From: Macrostomum lignano | Lineage: Eukaryota | DNA: 64,000 nt | NCBI GenBank assembly: GCA_002269645.1 | Contig: NIVC01000570.1 | Span: 62,001 to 126,000, forward strand | Reading direction: 5' to 3' | Shown: positions 40,326 to 53,800 of the stretch, in pieces | How the letters are laid out: each line of letters begins with the position of its first letter | Numbering within the stretch: the stretch's first letter is position 1 | Made by a program: the position numbers and the translations under genes | Notes under the pieces: generated by a model | Databases searched by the model: none | Told to the model about the DNA's origin: nothing | Seen by the model: the letters and a program-made list of their open reading frames with translations, nothing else

Positions 40326-41152
40326 TGAACCAATTAGCAAGTAGGCTTTGGCTCATATTCATCCTAGCTATTGAACGGAAGTAGAAAGCTGTTTTACTAA
40401 CTAATATATTGCATTGAGTGAGTGGCCCATGTAGTTATTCTAGTATATGTGTTTAAATATGAATTTGTTTATCTGTTGTTATTCGGTTAGTAATATATAT
40501 TGTTTTAAAGAAACAGTCGATCAAAAGTATCAATATTGTTGTTTCCTACTGTGTTTTTTCTCTATATTCTCATTAGTAGCGTTTTTTAGCCTCGATCTCA
40601 CAGATCGGGCATTGAAAATCCGTTGTGTGTTGTTTGTCTTACGTGTAGCTTTGTAGTCTGATGATATATATATGTGTGCCATGTTGGACCCGTACGAATC
40701 ATATGCTGTGCTTGTCCCCTCCCTTTCTATAGCAACAATTCTGTCACACAGCAGCGCGGCGCTTAAATTAATATCTTTATTCATTAACTAATTCGATTAA
40801 AGTTAATACTATCCGGTATGCAATTAGCGAGATTATTTATGTATACATATTTATATAAAATCTTGAGCAAAGTTTGCTTGCGTTTTCTGTCTAGCTTATA
40901 AATAAGCAATGATTATTTCGTTATCTGCTATTTTGCTTTTTACTGCGTATCCCAGTATCTGTTCTTATTGTGTCTTGCGTAATTTCAGTCTGCGCTCTCA
41001 CTCTCGATCTGTCCCTTTAACCTGCAGCCTGCAGGCTCTGTAATAACTAGATGGGACGCTTTCTAGCTGACAGTTTTCTAATCAGTAGCTAGTGCAGAAA
41101 TCGACGGCAGCTAATACTTAGTGTTAACAGATAGCAGATTGTATTATATAGT

Positions 41153-41460
41153 AGAGAGTCACGTGACACGTTTTTTCGGTGCAAGAAGAAATGTACATTA
41201 AGGCGGGTGGATAGTAATGTACATGGCAGCCTAACCTCTGCCGCTACCCCAGTCAAGCGCGATCGACTGGGGTAATAAAATTAAATAGCGAGCCGAGAAG
41301 CAGCAGGCGCAAGCCGCAAGGTTTGCGTGAAATGGCGCAAACGATGGGTAAATAAATAGGGGGAGTTGAGTGAGGAGAGATACTACTGAGTTGAAAGTAG
41401 CATTGTAGTTTGTGCTGGGTAACCTATCTAGTTATTATGGTATCTGCACTCTAACCCAGT
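41153..41460 (+). repeat. Motif-block dispersed repeat, copy C
   Basis: Aligns block-wise with 44463-44760 (TAATGTACATGGC, AATAAAAT, AATGGCGC.AACGAT, GAGATACTACTGAG). Confidence 0.7.
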
Positions 41461-41879
41461 TACCCAGCCTGTTTGCCATCGGGATTTTTGATTTGCAGTT
41501 TTTCTTAAATTCACTTGTTAATTTTATTGCTACTTTTCACTTTTGAAAGTAAATTAATAATTGCTATCACAAATTTTCATCAATAATTATTGAATTTGAA
41601 CTTTTTTTTTAGACGAGCCGCTCTGCTGTTGATTAGCCCGGCAGTGCTTGTTTGGAAATTAAATAAAAATCATTAACTAACGCACCTCGATCATCTGCTG
41701 CGTTTAGTGCCTGAACTTTTAGCGTTGTTTATTTTTCGCTAGACTTATTTTTTACATAAGTGTATTGACCAATGATTTTCGGGTTTTCGAAGGCTAGTCC
41801 CTTTGATTTTTTAGTGGATATCCTACCCTAATCCTAATCGTTTTGATCCTTTCATTGAATCTGCTGTTCTAGTTTTCGG

Positions 41880-42332
41880 CTAGTTCCTTTGATCTTATTG
41901 AACCCGCTACCCAAATCGGCGGCAAGTTCCTTTGATCTTATTGAATCCGCTGCCCCATTCGGCGGCAATTTCTTTTGATCTTATTGAATCCACTGGCCCA
42001 TTCGGCGGCAAGTTCCTTTGATCTTATTGAACCCGCTACCCCAATCGGCGGCTAGTCCTTTGATCTTATTGAATCCGCTACCCCAATCGGTAGCTAGTTC
42101 CTTTGATCTTATTGAATCCGCTACCCCATTCGGCGGCAAGTTCCTTTGATCTTATTGAACCCGCTACCGCAATCGGCGACCAGTCTTTTTGATATTTTTA
42201 GTGAATCTGCTACCCAATCGGCGGCTAGTCCCTTTGATATTTTCATTTAATCTGCTATCCCAATTGGCGGCTAGTCCCTTTGATCTTTTCAATTAATTTG
42301 CTATCCCAATCAGTGGCTAGTTCCTTTGATAT
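41880..42332. repeat. ~42-bp minisatellite (TTCCTTTGATCTTATTGAACCCGCTACCCCAATCGGCGGCWAG), ~11 units
   Basis: Tandem units ending ~50 nt before the zinc-finger ATG. Confidence 0.9.
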
Positions 42333-42384
42333 TTGAATCATTATTCTGCAAGCGTCTCCCGCATCCGCACTGCCCGCAGGCATC

Positions 42385-44199
42385 ATGTCCTTCCAGCAGC
42401 CGTTCACTATGCAGTTCATCACTGCTGACGGCGTGTCGCTACTGCCGCACACCATCATCGCCGGTACGCACGCCGACTATCTGCGCAAGGACAGCGCGGC
42501 GGCTGCAGCGGCGGCGGCGGCGGCCTGCCACCAGATGCCTGGCGGGCACGGCGGCGCCGGCTCTAGCTACCCGCATCTGGACCCCAAGTCCAGTCAAGCC
42601 GCCGCAGCCGCCGCTCTGGGCTCCGGCCACCAGTTGTTAGCCGCGCACCAGGGTCGAGCCCAGGACCTATTCGCCGTGGCGCATCACGCCGCTCTACCGC
42701 AGGGCGGCGTCAAGGTGCCGCACTATCCGCATCATCATCATAATCACCATCCAGGCGCCGCCGCGGCCGCTGCTGCTGCTGCCGCTGCCGGGCCGCTAGG
42801 CCTCCCTGCGCACTCCATTATTGTGCCTACCACCGCTCAGCTGCTGCCAGGCATGCCGCACCCGCCGCCTTCGCATCATCAGCCGCCCCAGCTGCCTAAG
42901 ATGGAGCCAACCGCCAAATCGCATGTTGCTAGCAGCGGCGGTGCTGTCAATCCGCATCATCTGCAGCACGTAAGCTGGGTGTATGCATTTTTGGATTTTT
43001 GCTTGTTTTTTGGGTAGTTGCGCGCTGTTAAAAACGGTTTTGAAGCGACTTTGATAGCCTCAGCAATCTGTTAGTCGTTTCGATGCATTTACGGGTGGAT
43101 TTGACGCATCTGTGGGTAGTTTCGACGCATCTTTGGGTAGCTTTGATGCATCTATGGGTAGTTTCGACGCATCTTTGGGTAGCTTTGATGCATCTATGGG
43201 TAGTTTCGACGCATCTTTGGGTAGTTTCGACGCATCTATGGGTAGTTTCGACGCATTTATAGGTAAGTTTAATGCAGTTAGGGGTGGCGATGCAGTTACT
43301 GCGCTCTATTTGCACACCCCTCGTCAATCCAGCACTTACCCACTGTTATTGCGCAGGCCTGGCCAACACCTGAGGTAAAGCCTTCGACAACAAAGCTGGA
43401 GCCTCATCATTCGCATCCGCAGCATCACCTGCCGCATCAGCAGCAGCCGCCGCAGCAGCAGCCACAGCAGCACCAGCAGCAGCAGCAGCAGCAGCAGTCT
43501 CAACCGCAGCCGCACCATCAGCAGGTGCAGCATCATCCCAGTCAGCACCAGCCGCAATCCCAGCAGCAGCAGCAGCAGCAGCCACCGCAGCCGCAGGTGC
43601 TCTGTCCAACCTGCGGCAAAGGTTTCGCCGACAACGCCAAGCTGAAGCGGCACATGTTCAACCATCAGGCCGCCGCTTCCGGCGCCACCTTCGAATGCGA
43701 GGTCTGCCAGAAGACTTTCAACTCCAGCTATAGGCTGCGCAGGCACTCCGTCACCCATAGCAACGCCAAGCCGTACGAGTGCCTCACCTGTCACAAAGCG
43801 TTCAGCCGGTCCTACAGCCTCACAACGCACATGAAAATTCACAGCGGAGTCCGCGACCACCGCTGCCCTATGTGCGACAAGGCCTATAGCCGCACCGACC
43901 ACCTCAAGCGGCACATTATTCACAGCCACACGCCCGGCGGAGCGCCCAGCGCACCGAAACCGCCTTCGGCTAAGAATTTCATCTGTCCGGCCTGTCAGAA
44001 GGCTTTCTCAGATTCTTCCCATCTGCGCAGGCACATGCGCACGCATCCGGGTCTGGTGCCGCCGCCTACGCAACAACAACAACAACAACAGCAGCAGCAG
44101 CAGCAGCAGCAGCTCCATCAGCAGCAGATGCAGCAGCCTCAGCACCAGCAGCATCAGCATGTGCCTCAGATTCTGATGAAGCCTGTCGCTCATCATTGA
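42385..44199 (+). CDS. C2H2 zinc-finger transcription factor (5 fingers; polyA/H/Q low-complexity regions), ~475 aa
   Basis: Exons 42385-42969 (CAC|GTAAGC) and 43357-44199 (GCGCAG|GCC), phase 0. Five CxxC-x12-HxxxH fingers, e.g. CEVCQKTFNSSYRLRRHSVTH. An AG acceptor 5 nt before the ATG means an upstream exon is possible. Confidence 0.9.
43075..43260. repeat. 21-bp tandem repeat (TGGGTAGTTTCGACGCATCTW) in the zinc-finger intron
   Basis: About 8 units. Confidence 0.9.
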
Positions 44200-44462
44200 G
44201 AGGCTAGCTAGCATGAGGAGTTTCAATTTTTTAATTATAGCTCGTCTCACTGAAAAAGTCAACTGCCTGTAGTAGCTCATAGTAGACTTGAATTCACCGA
44301 TTCGATCTGACGTGACTGCCGTGTAAAGATTTTTAATTCATTAATAATTCAAACTATTTTAGGTTAACGGCACGGATTTTAAATAACTGGATGGCTGCTC
44401 TCACACACTGCTGTTAGTAGCGAGTAAATAAATTGGCCGGCAGCTATTTTTCTGCTGAGGAT

Positions 44463-44760
44463 AGAGAATCACTATTTTGTTATCAGTGCAGGCACAATGT
44501 ACATTGGCCAATGTCACAGATAATGTACATGGCTGCTTAAACCCCCTTCCCCCACCCAGTCAGGACGCGAACGATGGGGGCAATAAAATCGGAGGGGCAG
44601 AAAAGCGACAGAGGTGCAGAGTTTGTGCGGAATGGCGCGAACGATAAGGCAGCTAAATGAGCCAATAGGAAGTCGGGAGGAAGAAGAGATACTACTGAGC
44701 TGATAGTAGCTTATTAGCATGTTTTGAGTAACCCATCTACTTTATAATATATCTGTGCTC
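44463..44760 (+). repeat. Motif-block dispersed repeat, copy D
   Basis: See copy C. Confidence 0.7.
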
Positions 44761-45227
44761 AGAGTTGACCGACACTTTTAATTGATTTTTACTCTGAACA
44801 ATAAATATCTTTCCTGTTAATAATAGCCATTTACCTGTCTGATTATTAACTAAAGCTGTACATAGCAGTTTCACTTGTTATAACTGTTAATAGATGAATT
44901 GATTATATTTATAATTTGCTTGATGGATTGAATTAATTGATTTTACTTCATCTAACAGTTTTATTCGCATATCTGAAATGCTGATTGTTGCTTTTGATGA
45001 AGGAAGCCGGATTTTTAGTCCTTTGGTAACACAGCTCGTGTGTTTAGCGTGACTTGCTAAGCAGTGCAAATTCAAGCTTGAGGCCCGGCTATCGTGTTTC
45101 CTATCCTAATCAGCCCTGCTTTTTTAGCCTGCAAATCTGAGTTTAACCAGGTCTGCAATTTGCAGTTGAGTTAGTTTAGGCTGTTGGAATGTATAAATAT
45201 AGAAATATCGGTTGTCGGTGGACAGAC

Positions 45228-45738
<511 letters not shown>

Positions 45739-46934
45739 TTATCTGCATGAATGAATGGACACGCATTAGTTGCTAAGCAAATAGGCCAGTCTTGTGCATG
45801 CAAATTGCAGTGTTTGGATCGCAGCAGTTCTTGGTCGAACTCCGCTTCCTCGTTCCCGGCTCTGTTGCCTTATTGTATCTCATATTTCATATCTATTAAT
45901 ATCATTTCTCTGGCCAGTCTCTATGCTCACTCATTTGCCTGTTCTCTGTGCAGCTGGCATGTATATTTATTGATTACTGATGCATATTTACATCCCGTGA
46001 GTCCATTACACTCTTAATCCCGTCATCATTACGAGTGCATGCCAGTTTTCTCCATTGCCAGATGACCCAACCTATATTGACTGTTCTGAGCTGTTGCCTA
46101 TTTTAATGAAATCAGAACCTTTGGCCTTTTTGGCAACTTTTGTCATGTCTTTTTTATATTTCTGGTGTTTCGGCATTCGATTGCTAATCGTTTTAATATA
46201 TACACACACATATATACATGCAGTGTTGTGGTTCTGTCTATCGTCTCTAGTTACTTAAATCTGTTTGCTAGACATTGTTCCGCTGTGAAACTAATTAAGT
46301 TTTGTTTGCTTTTGCTTTGTTTTACTAGATTCATTCTTCACACCCGAACTGTGTTCATATTATTGTTTTTACTCGAGACTGTCATTAGTGCCGGATTTCA
46401 AGCTCTAATTAACACCTGCTATTGTCCGTTAATAATTGATTAGGGCAATAATTGGCCAGTTTGCAGCAATTGGATTATTGAAGTCTGGGGTAGCCGCCTA
46501 TTTAACCTGAACAATAACCGTGTGTTCTCTACTGAAGTGAACCGCTTTTTACCTGTAAATACTTATTACATAATATTTATCTATACTTGTATTATGATCT
46601 CAGTCTCGCATCCTCGTGCCCAGTACGTGTGCTCCATAATAAGCACTAGCTCTATACATAATCAACTTATTTAATCATAAATCTTCCCATAAATTTTCCC
46701 ATACAATTTACCCGCCCTTTTCCCTCGCCCGCAGTACCATATATTGTTTTTTCTTCTGCCTGTTGCTATTGACAACAATATAACCAACAACTGGCCAGTC
46801 TGACCGTAGAAATTTACGTAGTTTGTTCATTTTTGCTGCTTTTTCATTTTGTTTTTCCTTGGGCTCAAAATGATCTCTTGGGGTCAGTTTGCGTTCTGAC
46901 GGTCCTTTCTGATACAGGTTGTACCAACAATTTT

Positions 46935-47125
46935 GAGTACTCGTTAGGTTGGGTTCTTTTGTTAGACTGGTACTACCAACAGTACGAGTATTAAGTACAT
47001 TGGGTTCTTTTGTCAGACTGGTGCTACCAACAGTACGAGTATTAAGTACATTGGGTTCTTTTGTCAGACTGGTGCTACCAACAGTACGAGTATTAAGTAC
47101 ATTGGGTTCTTTTGTCAGACTGGTT
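46935..47125. repeat. 51-bp tandem repeat (GACTGGTGCTACCAACAGTACGAGTATTAAGTACATTGGGTTCTTTTGTCA), ~4 units
   Basis: 17-aa periodicity in the ORF track; direct inspection. Confidence 0.9.
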
Positions 47126-47855
47126 GTATTAGCACCTCTTAACACCCTTGGTTGGTAGACTAAAACCATTAACCGTGTTAAGAAATGGATGCAATTTTTC
47201 TGAAATTAAAGCGTCATCAAAAATTAAATTTCAATGTATCATTCACTCGGTAAAAAAGTATAATAAGAGTATTTCCCGTGAACTAAAGTGAGCACTCAGT
47301 TATTTTAAGGTTAGTTTATTAGTAAATTTCCAACTGGGGCAGGGCACAAAACACGCTGCAAAAAAGAATAAAAATTTTCGGAAAGGGCAAACGTTCTGTC
47401 CGTTTATAAAAAATTAAAGGTTCAATGGAGGATAACAGAGCGATACGTTGCTCAATATCAGCTGCTGCAAGCGATTGTGACGCAATTAAAAATATCGAGA
47501 AAATAAGTGAAACTGACCGTCTAATAAAATCTGGTAAATCACGCATGTACAAAACTGAAATAAAAAGGATTGCTTTGTTCGCATAAAGAAGCAGCAATTG
47601 TGCTGAAGTACGCGTTTCGAATCGGTGTCGAAAACATAATTACTGTATAGTGAAAATATTGCTTAAAAATCTTAAAATACTACTGATTCGACTCAGCTGG
47701 TGAGTTGAGACGAAGAAAATTTGCTCCATCTTGTAAATACTGACGAAAAAATCGTAATAAATAAAATTTGAGCCTTGACTTGATTTTGTAATTTAAAAAC
47801 TTGCAATAGAAGCAGTTTTGAGTACAGTCAGATTCGGCCCGGTAAAGCGTCGACT

Positions 47856-50800
47856 TCACCAGACCGAGCACTTATCAATCGGATTCATTTTCGAGCCCGG
47901 TCGGCAGCCGAAAGCTCGTCCAAATTCGGGCATGTTGGCCACGGGGCCCCAGGGGTAGTTCTCAAATTAAGGTCATGATGTTTTGGTACAGAAAAAAAAG
48001 TTTTTGAATAAAGTAATTATTTTGCAAAAACGATTCTTTCGTCAATTTAATTAAAAAACTGCCGTTAAAACCACAAGAAACCAAATATTTAAGACGAAAT
48101 CTAGCAATTTGTTATTTTTCGCAACGGAAAATAAAACGACCAAAAATTGTGAAATAATGCAAGTTTTCTTTTATTTTTTTATAAATTAGATACATCTTTT
48201 ATTCTATGTTTACTATTTAATAAGTATTATTTCAATAGAAAATGTTATTTTTAAATCAACATTTTGTTTTTTTCGTATAAATTGCTTGTATTTAAAATTA
48301 TCGCGTAACAAGAAACACCCGAAATAATTGATATTGTACCACTCAAGAATTTAATATTGTACTTAAACACCGAAATATGATGCTTAAAATATACAAAACT
48401 GGTTTAGCTAAAAATTAGGCTTGCAAAATATGTCTTTTAAAGCATTAAAAGTTTTTTTGAATTAGAATATATATAGTAAACGAGCTAGGAAGCCATTTCT
48501 TTTAAAACCTAAAATGCATGTATCTTTTTTCGAACAGACTTGCGTTTTTTTTTAAAATAACTCAGCAAGCATTTATATTCTGCAACATAGCTTTAATACT
48601 ATTTTACTATTTTACTATACTATTTTCTTATGCTGCATAACTACTAAAAGAACAGCTTATAAATTTAAATTAAATACTTTGGTCTTGGTAAGTTAATTAG
48701 CCTATTACAGACGTCTGACTCGGCAGCCACATGGATCACTGCAATTGCTCTGGCGAACCTCTGTAATCGATTCTGGCCCTGCACTAGCTGTCATGCTCGG
48801 TATACAATTCGTCTCATTTGATAAATTACGTCGATGCCTGCAGAACTAACCACATCCAAAGGACCACTGCACATCTTAGCATTGTGGCACATACAATGAT
48901 GCTGGTGTTCTGGCAGAGAAACAGGTAAAAGTGCAGCAAATGGCATTACATATCCGTCCGAGAGGTGTGCAGTTTACAGTGCTTTAGCCAATTGGGTCAG
49001 TAGAATTAAATCGATCACATTAGAATAAAAGTAGATGTTCGCTGTACATGTAACAAACCAATAGCAAGACACTATTGGATGTCTTTCCCTTTTACTGATG
49101 CTCGTACATCAGCTGGCTGTCTCCACAGGCCACAGCTCATCGCATTCTCTGTTAACCGCCGCTTCAGTGCTGTCAGCCGCACTTAACTGTGTCTGGCCTC
49201 GGTATATAGAGTCAGTCCCAATGGAAAATCATCATCTAAAACATATCTAAAGCGTAATTGTCAATCGAAGAGTAATATAAAATATAGTATGTCTGTTATG
49301 GTACTGCCATGACTAATTTGTTAAACACTTCACAAATTCGTGTGGCAGCACTCTGTAGAGATTCCATCTTTCTGTACCATATTTAATATTACATTGCCAG
49401 CATCAATGGCAATTAAGTTTTTTCTTTTGTCTTTTTTCTTGTTAGTAGCTATATGCATCCAAAGGTGGAAAGTATCAACTGAATGTTTAAGTTGCTACAT
49501 ATATATCTTTAATGAATTGCAGAACATATGAGAATGAATTTAATGTTTCAAAGAAATTAATTTTTTGTGCTTCAGACAGCTAATTTCATAGATAATAAAT
49601 CAGATGCAAAATTGTTTTTATACTATTTCTTGACTAATCAAATCATGCAACTTTTTTATTATTCGTTACTCTTATTTTCTTTTCAGTTTCTACTACCTCT
49701 TGTTTTGACTCATTATGTTTACTTGTAACTTACAATACAAATTTTAAATCAGTTAAAAAAATTGTGTGAAAACAACAAAAAACGACTGTTTTTAAGAGAA
49801 AAATAGTCAATTTTATCTACATAAATGAAATTCTGTTTGTTCTGACTAACATATTGGGTGATTAATAGCAAAAATTCATCTAAATACGAGCGTACATAAA
49901 AAACATCCAAAAAACCTAACAATATGCTGAGAAATTTTTTTTTCATAACTAGAGACAAAAAAGTGGTACTTTTTCTCATCCCACAGATGAGGACTTTAAA
50001 TTAAAATAACTTTGGTGCTACTTGCTTTGTTGTAGTCAGCGAAATCTCTCTTTGTTAGGTTAATTTTGTGCTATTGAAAAAAACTTAAAATTGAATTTAT
50101 TTAACTTTTCTTTTTTAATATAGAATGAAACTGCCTTAATTGATACTTTAGTGTTAGATATGACTATCTTTCTTAAAAAAACAGCAGAAAACGCAGCTAT
50201 TAGCTTATTCTATCAACAGAACAAATTAATTAGAAGTGCATTTTTTAATCATTCATAATGTTACGTTTCTAGCAAAAATCGAAATAGCAACATCTGCTTT
50301 GCAATCGAAAGAGTTAAATGGGTTCTAGGTTGTGTTAACCAAAGTTATAAATAAAATTTATCAATTTTCTTCTTTAATAAGACCACGTGAACAGAATGTA
50401 GCTTCTCTAAAGTGGGTATTATAGCTCGTGCGATAATAAAAATATATATCGAAAAATGAAATAGCGCACTCTGATGAGATTAACATCAAAAGTTCAATGT
50501 TAAAAAAGATTAAGACCCATGAGAGGCATATATTTTTTAAGTCCTTTTAGAGCTAAAATAAGAAAAGATTCAATATTTCAGGCTGATTTTCAAAAATATT
50601 TGTTTCACTGCTTACGACTAAACTTTGAGAACGACCCCCAGACTCGCATCTGGCCTGGCGGGTGTGTGTTCACCGTAATTAACTGGCGCAGCGCCTCCGG
50701 GGTGATCAGCTCGCACCAAGTCTGTGCAGAGCACGATGTGGGTTCGAGTGTTGTTGCAAGCATAATAATGGTTTTACCAGGCTAACTAGCTGCCTATTTA

Positions 50801-53800
50801 ATACAAAAAATGTTTCGTTTCTAATCGCCTACTTATAAGCCCATTGTGTGCGAATTACTGCCGGATTTTGCGATGACACGTGAGATTTGTCGACTTTGGT
50901 CATAGACAGGAGCTTGGAACCAATAAAAACCCAGATTACGCTTCACTAGCTGTATCCTGTATGCTATGAATTTTTACAAATGAAGACTTATGAAAACTCC
51001 AAACGGACGTCCATAGTGTTTTAGTGTTTTAGACCTCATCTATATGTAAACTGACCCGGCCTATAATGATCGGAAATGACCTGTACTGCTGCTGGCCTGC
51101 CACGATCAATCTTGACCTGACCTCAAACAAACAAATATTCGCAAGAGGATTGTTGGGCACCCTGGTAGAACATTGTCTCACAAGCGCTTAGACAATTCTG
51201 CCCATTCCGCTTACTCCTGAGCATACAAGCGCGCAGATACTGAACTCAGACACGCACGTATACACACTCACTCGGCCCCTTTTGTACAGCGGCCCTGACT
51301 TTCTAATTATCAGGGATGTACAATCTCTGTGCCTTGGGGGTTGGGCCTCACGGCTGTGAATTGCAGCCGCCCCCCACCCACTAATTTTCGTCCACAAGCC
51401 CCAATTGAATATTGTGGCCTTGCGCAGAATCGAACCACCAAGGAGTCATGACGCGAAAGTCAGACGCGCGTTTACCGCTGGGCTGCTCTGCCCCTCTGAC
51501 CAGACCCCACTTAGCCTTTTCAAACAAAGTCGAACACTTGACTTGACACGCCCTAAGAAGACTTTGAATTGTTAATTAGGCAAATTCAAAACTGCAGAGT
51601 ACGCACCTGCGCGTAGGCAAGGAACAGAACCTGCTCTCGGCTGTACCGATCGCCAAGGTAGGGCAGCAGCGGTTCGTCAGGTTTCTGTTGCTGCTTGTAG
51701 GCCTACGGGATTCGGGAGAAGGCGATGTTAGGAATGAAGTCAAGGTCATGCAGCTAGGTTGAGATCATGGCACTTTAACAAGATACGACGACATAAATTC
51801 AAGGTATAGAAATGAATATTAAGTCGTATTCAAGGTGGGGGCATCATATTTTCACAGTCTGCAGAGCACCATTGTTCCGAACTGAGGTCAACGTTATACC
51901 TGTAGGTAACTTTTACATTAGAATAAGACATGGTCAATTCGTAATTCTAAATGTACACTAAGTTCAGAAAATGAGTTCCAGGTCATGGAATAAAGTATGC
52001 ACATCAAAGTCGGTGTGACGGAATGAGGATATAAAGTGTGACGTAATAAACGTCAATGTCACAAGAGAAAACCAATTGTTACCCATTGTTAGTCAAAGTC
52101 AACGGGGTTGAATACAAACACCCTGAGGTTTCATTATAAAGAATGAAAATCTCACCCGGTATGCCATCTTTAGTCCACCGTTATCGGCGATGCTCTCACC
52201 CAGCACCAGCTGGCCGCTGACTTGAACGTTGCCATCAACCGTGAACGCTTCGTACTGTCTGTAAAAAGTTTTTTTATGCTTATACAACACCAAGAGTAAA
52301 AAACAGGTATAGTAAATTTATTACGACTGTCTGCAGTCTATCAGTCTCTCCACCGCCTGTCTGCATGTCTTCTTGACTTATCTTGGTGTCAGTTTTAGTG
52401 TCTAGGTCATAGGATTTGTATATCACTGTCGTTAATTGAAATGTGGCACAATGTGGTCAAGATTTCTCAAGCCTTTAGTGTGATTAAGAGTCCTGTCTTA
52501 CTGTGTCTGTGCCTATCTCAATTTGTCTTTAAGACTTTTGCATTGTGTCAATAGTTTCTGTCTAATTGTGTCTAAAAGACTGTTGTCTTGTGTCCTTAGT
52601 GTCCGTCTTACTGCTTCTTAAAGACTTTTATTGTGTCCTTAGTGTCTGTCTTACTGTGTCTAAAAGACTGTTGTATTGTGTGTGTCCTTAGTGTCTTTCG
52701 TATTTTCACACTGCTTATCTTATTGTGTCTTAGAGACTGTTGCATTTGGTTCCTTAGTGTCTTAGTGTCTTATTTGCACACTGCCTATCTAATTGTGTTT
52801 TAGTGCCTGTCTCTGTGTTTACTCGTGCCTCTCAGCATATTCAACAAGGATTTACAACAAAGCTTACTAATAAGTGTAGCAGTTAACAAACCTGGCAATG
52901 CAGTCGGTGGCCCTGTCGAACGCGGCAACGGTGCCATTGCTCCACCATTCCCGCTTATTGCCGTCCCTGTCGTGGTGCCGGCCGCTGTCATCGAAGCCGT
53001 GCGTGATCTCGTGCCCGATGACGGCTCCGATGGCGCCGTAGGACACGTAGGCTGGGAACTGCGGCCGGTAGAACGGCTGCTGCAGGATGCCGGCGGGGAA
53101 GGCGATGGCGTTGAACGAAGGCGAATAATAGGCATTCACAGACTGCGGAGTCATGCCGAAGGTCAGCCGAACCGGCTCGGATAGCCGGGACAGAGCCTGC
53201 GGACAGAGGAGGGAGCGGCTTGTCAAGAATCTTCTTCTAGTACTCGTAGAAACGAAACTTTCAAAGAACTTTTGGCTGGTAAACGCCAATTGCTCTTTCT
53301 ACAAGACAGCGGATAACCCTATCAGTGATAATCTACTCTGAGTAGACAGCGGAAAACTCAAATCCCACACTAGCCGCTCACTTACCCTGTTAGTGCTCTC
53401 CCGTTGAATCTGCACCACATTGTCAAAGTAGCGATCCGGCCGCAGTCGGTAGCCGCCCAGCTCCCTACGCAGCTCGGTGGCATTGTTGAAATAGTGCGGA
53501 TAGCCAACCAGGCGGCGGATGGCGTCCAGCTTGCCGACGGCCTGGCGACGCGTGGCCTCGTCCATCCAGCGGGCATCTGCTAAGCTAGCATTGAACGCGG
53601 CCATAAGGCTGTCAATCAATCGCTCAATCGCCGAATGCGAGTCTCTTAGAAAGTAACTGTCGACAAATAATTTGCCCAATGGAAAGCCGAAAATGCCATC
53701 AACGGATTGGACGCAAATTTTCCAGGGCGCTTCGGTGCCGTGGACTCCGCGTATTCTGTAGGTGAGCTTCTCCGGGATACGGTAGGCGGCGGGGGTGGTG

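Noticed and set aside
43336-43929. Leu/Ala-rich minus-strand ORFs
   Set aside because: They are antisense shadows of the zinc-finger exon and its CAG tracts.
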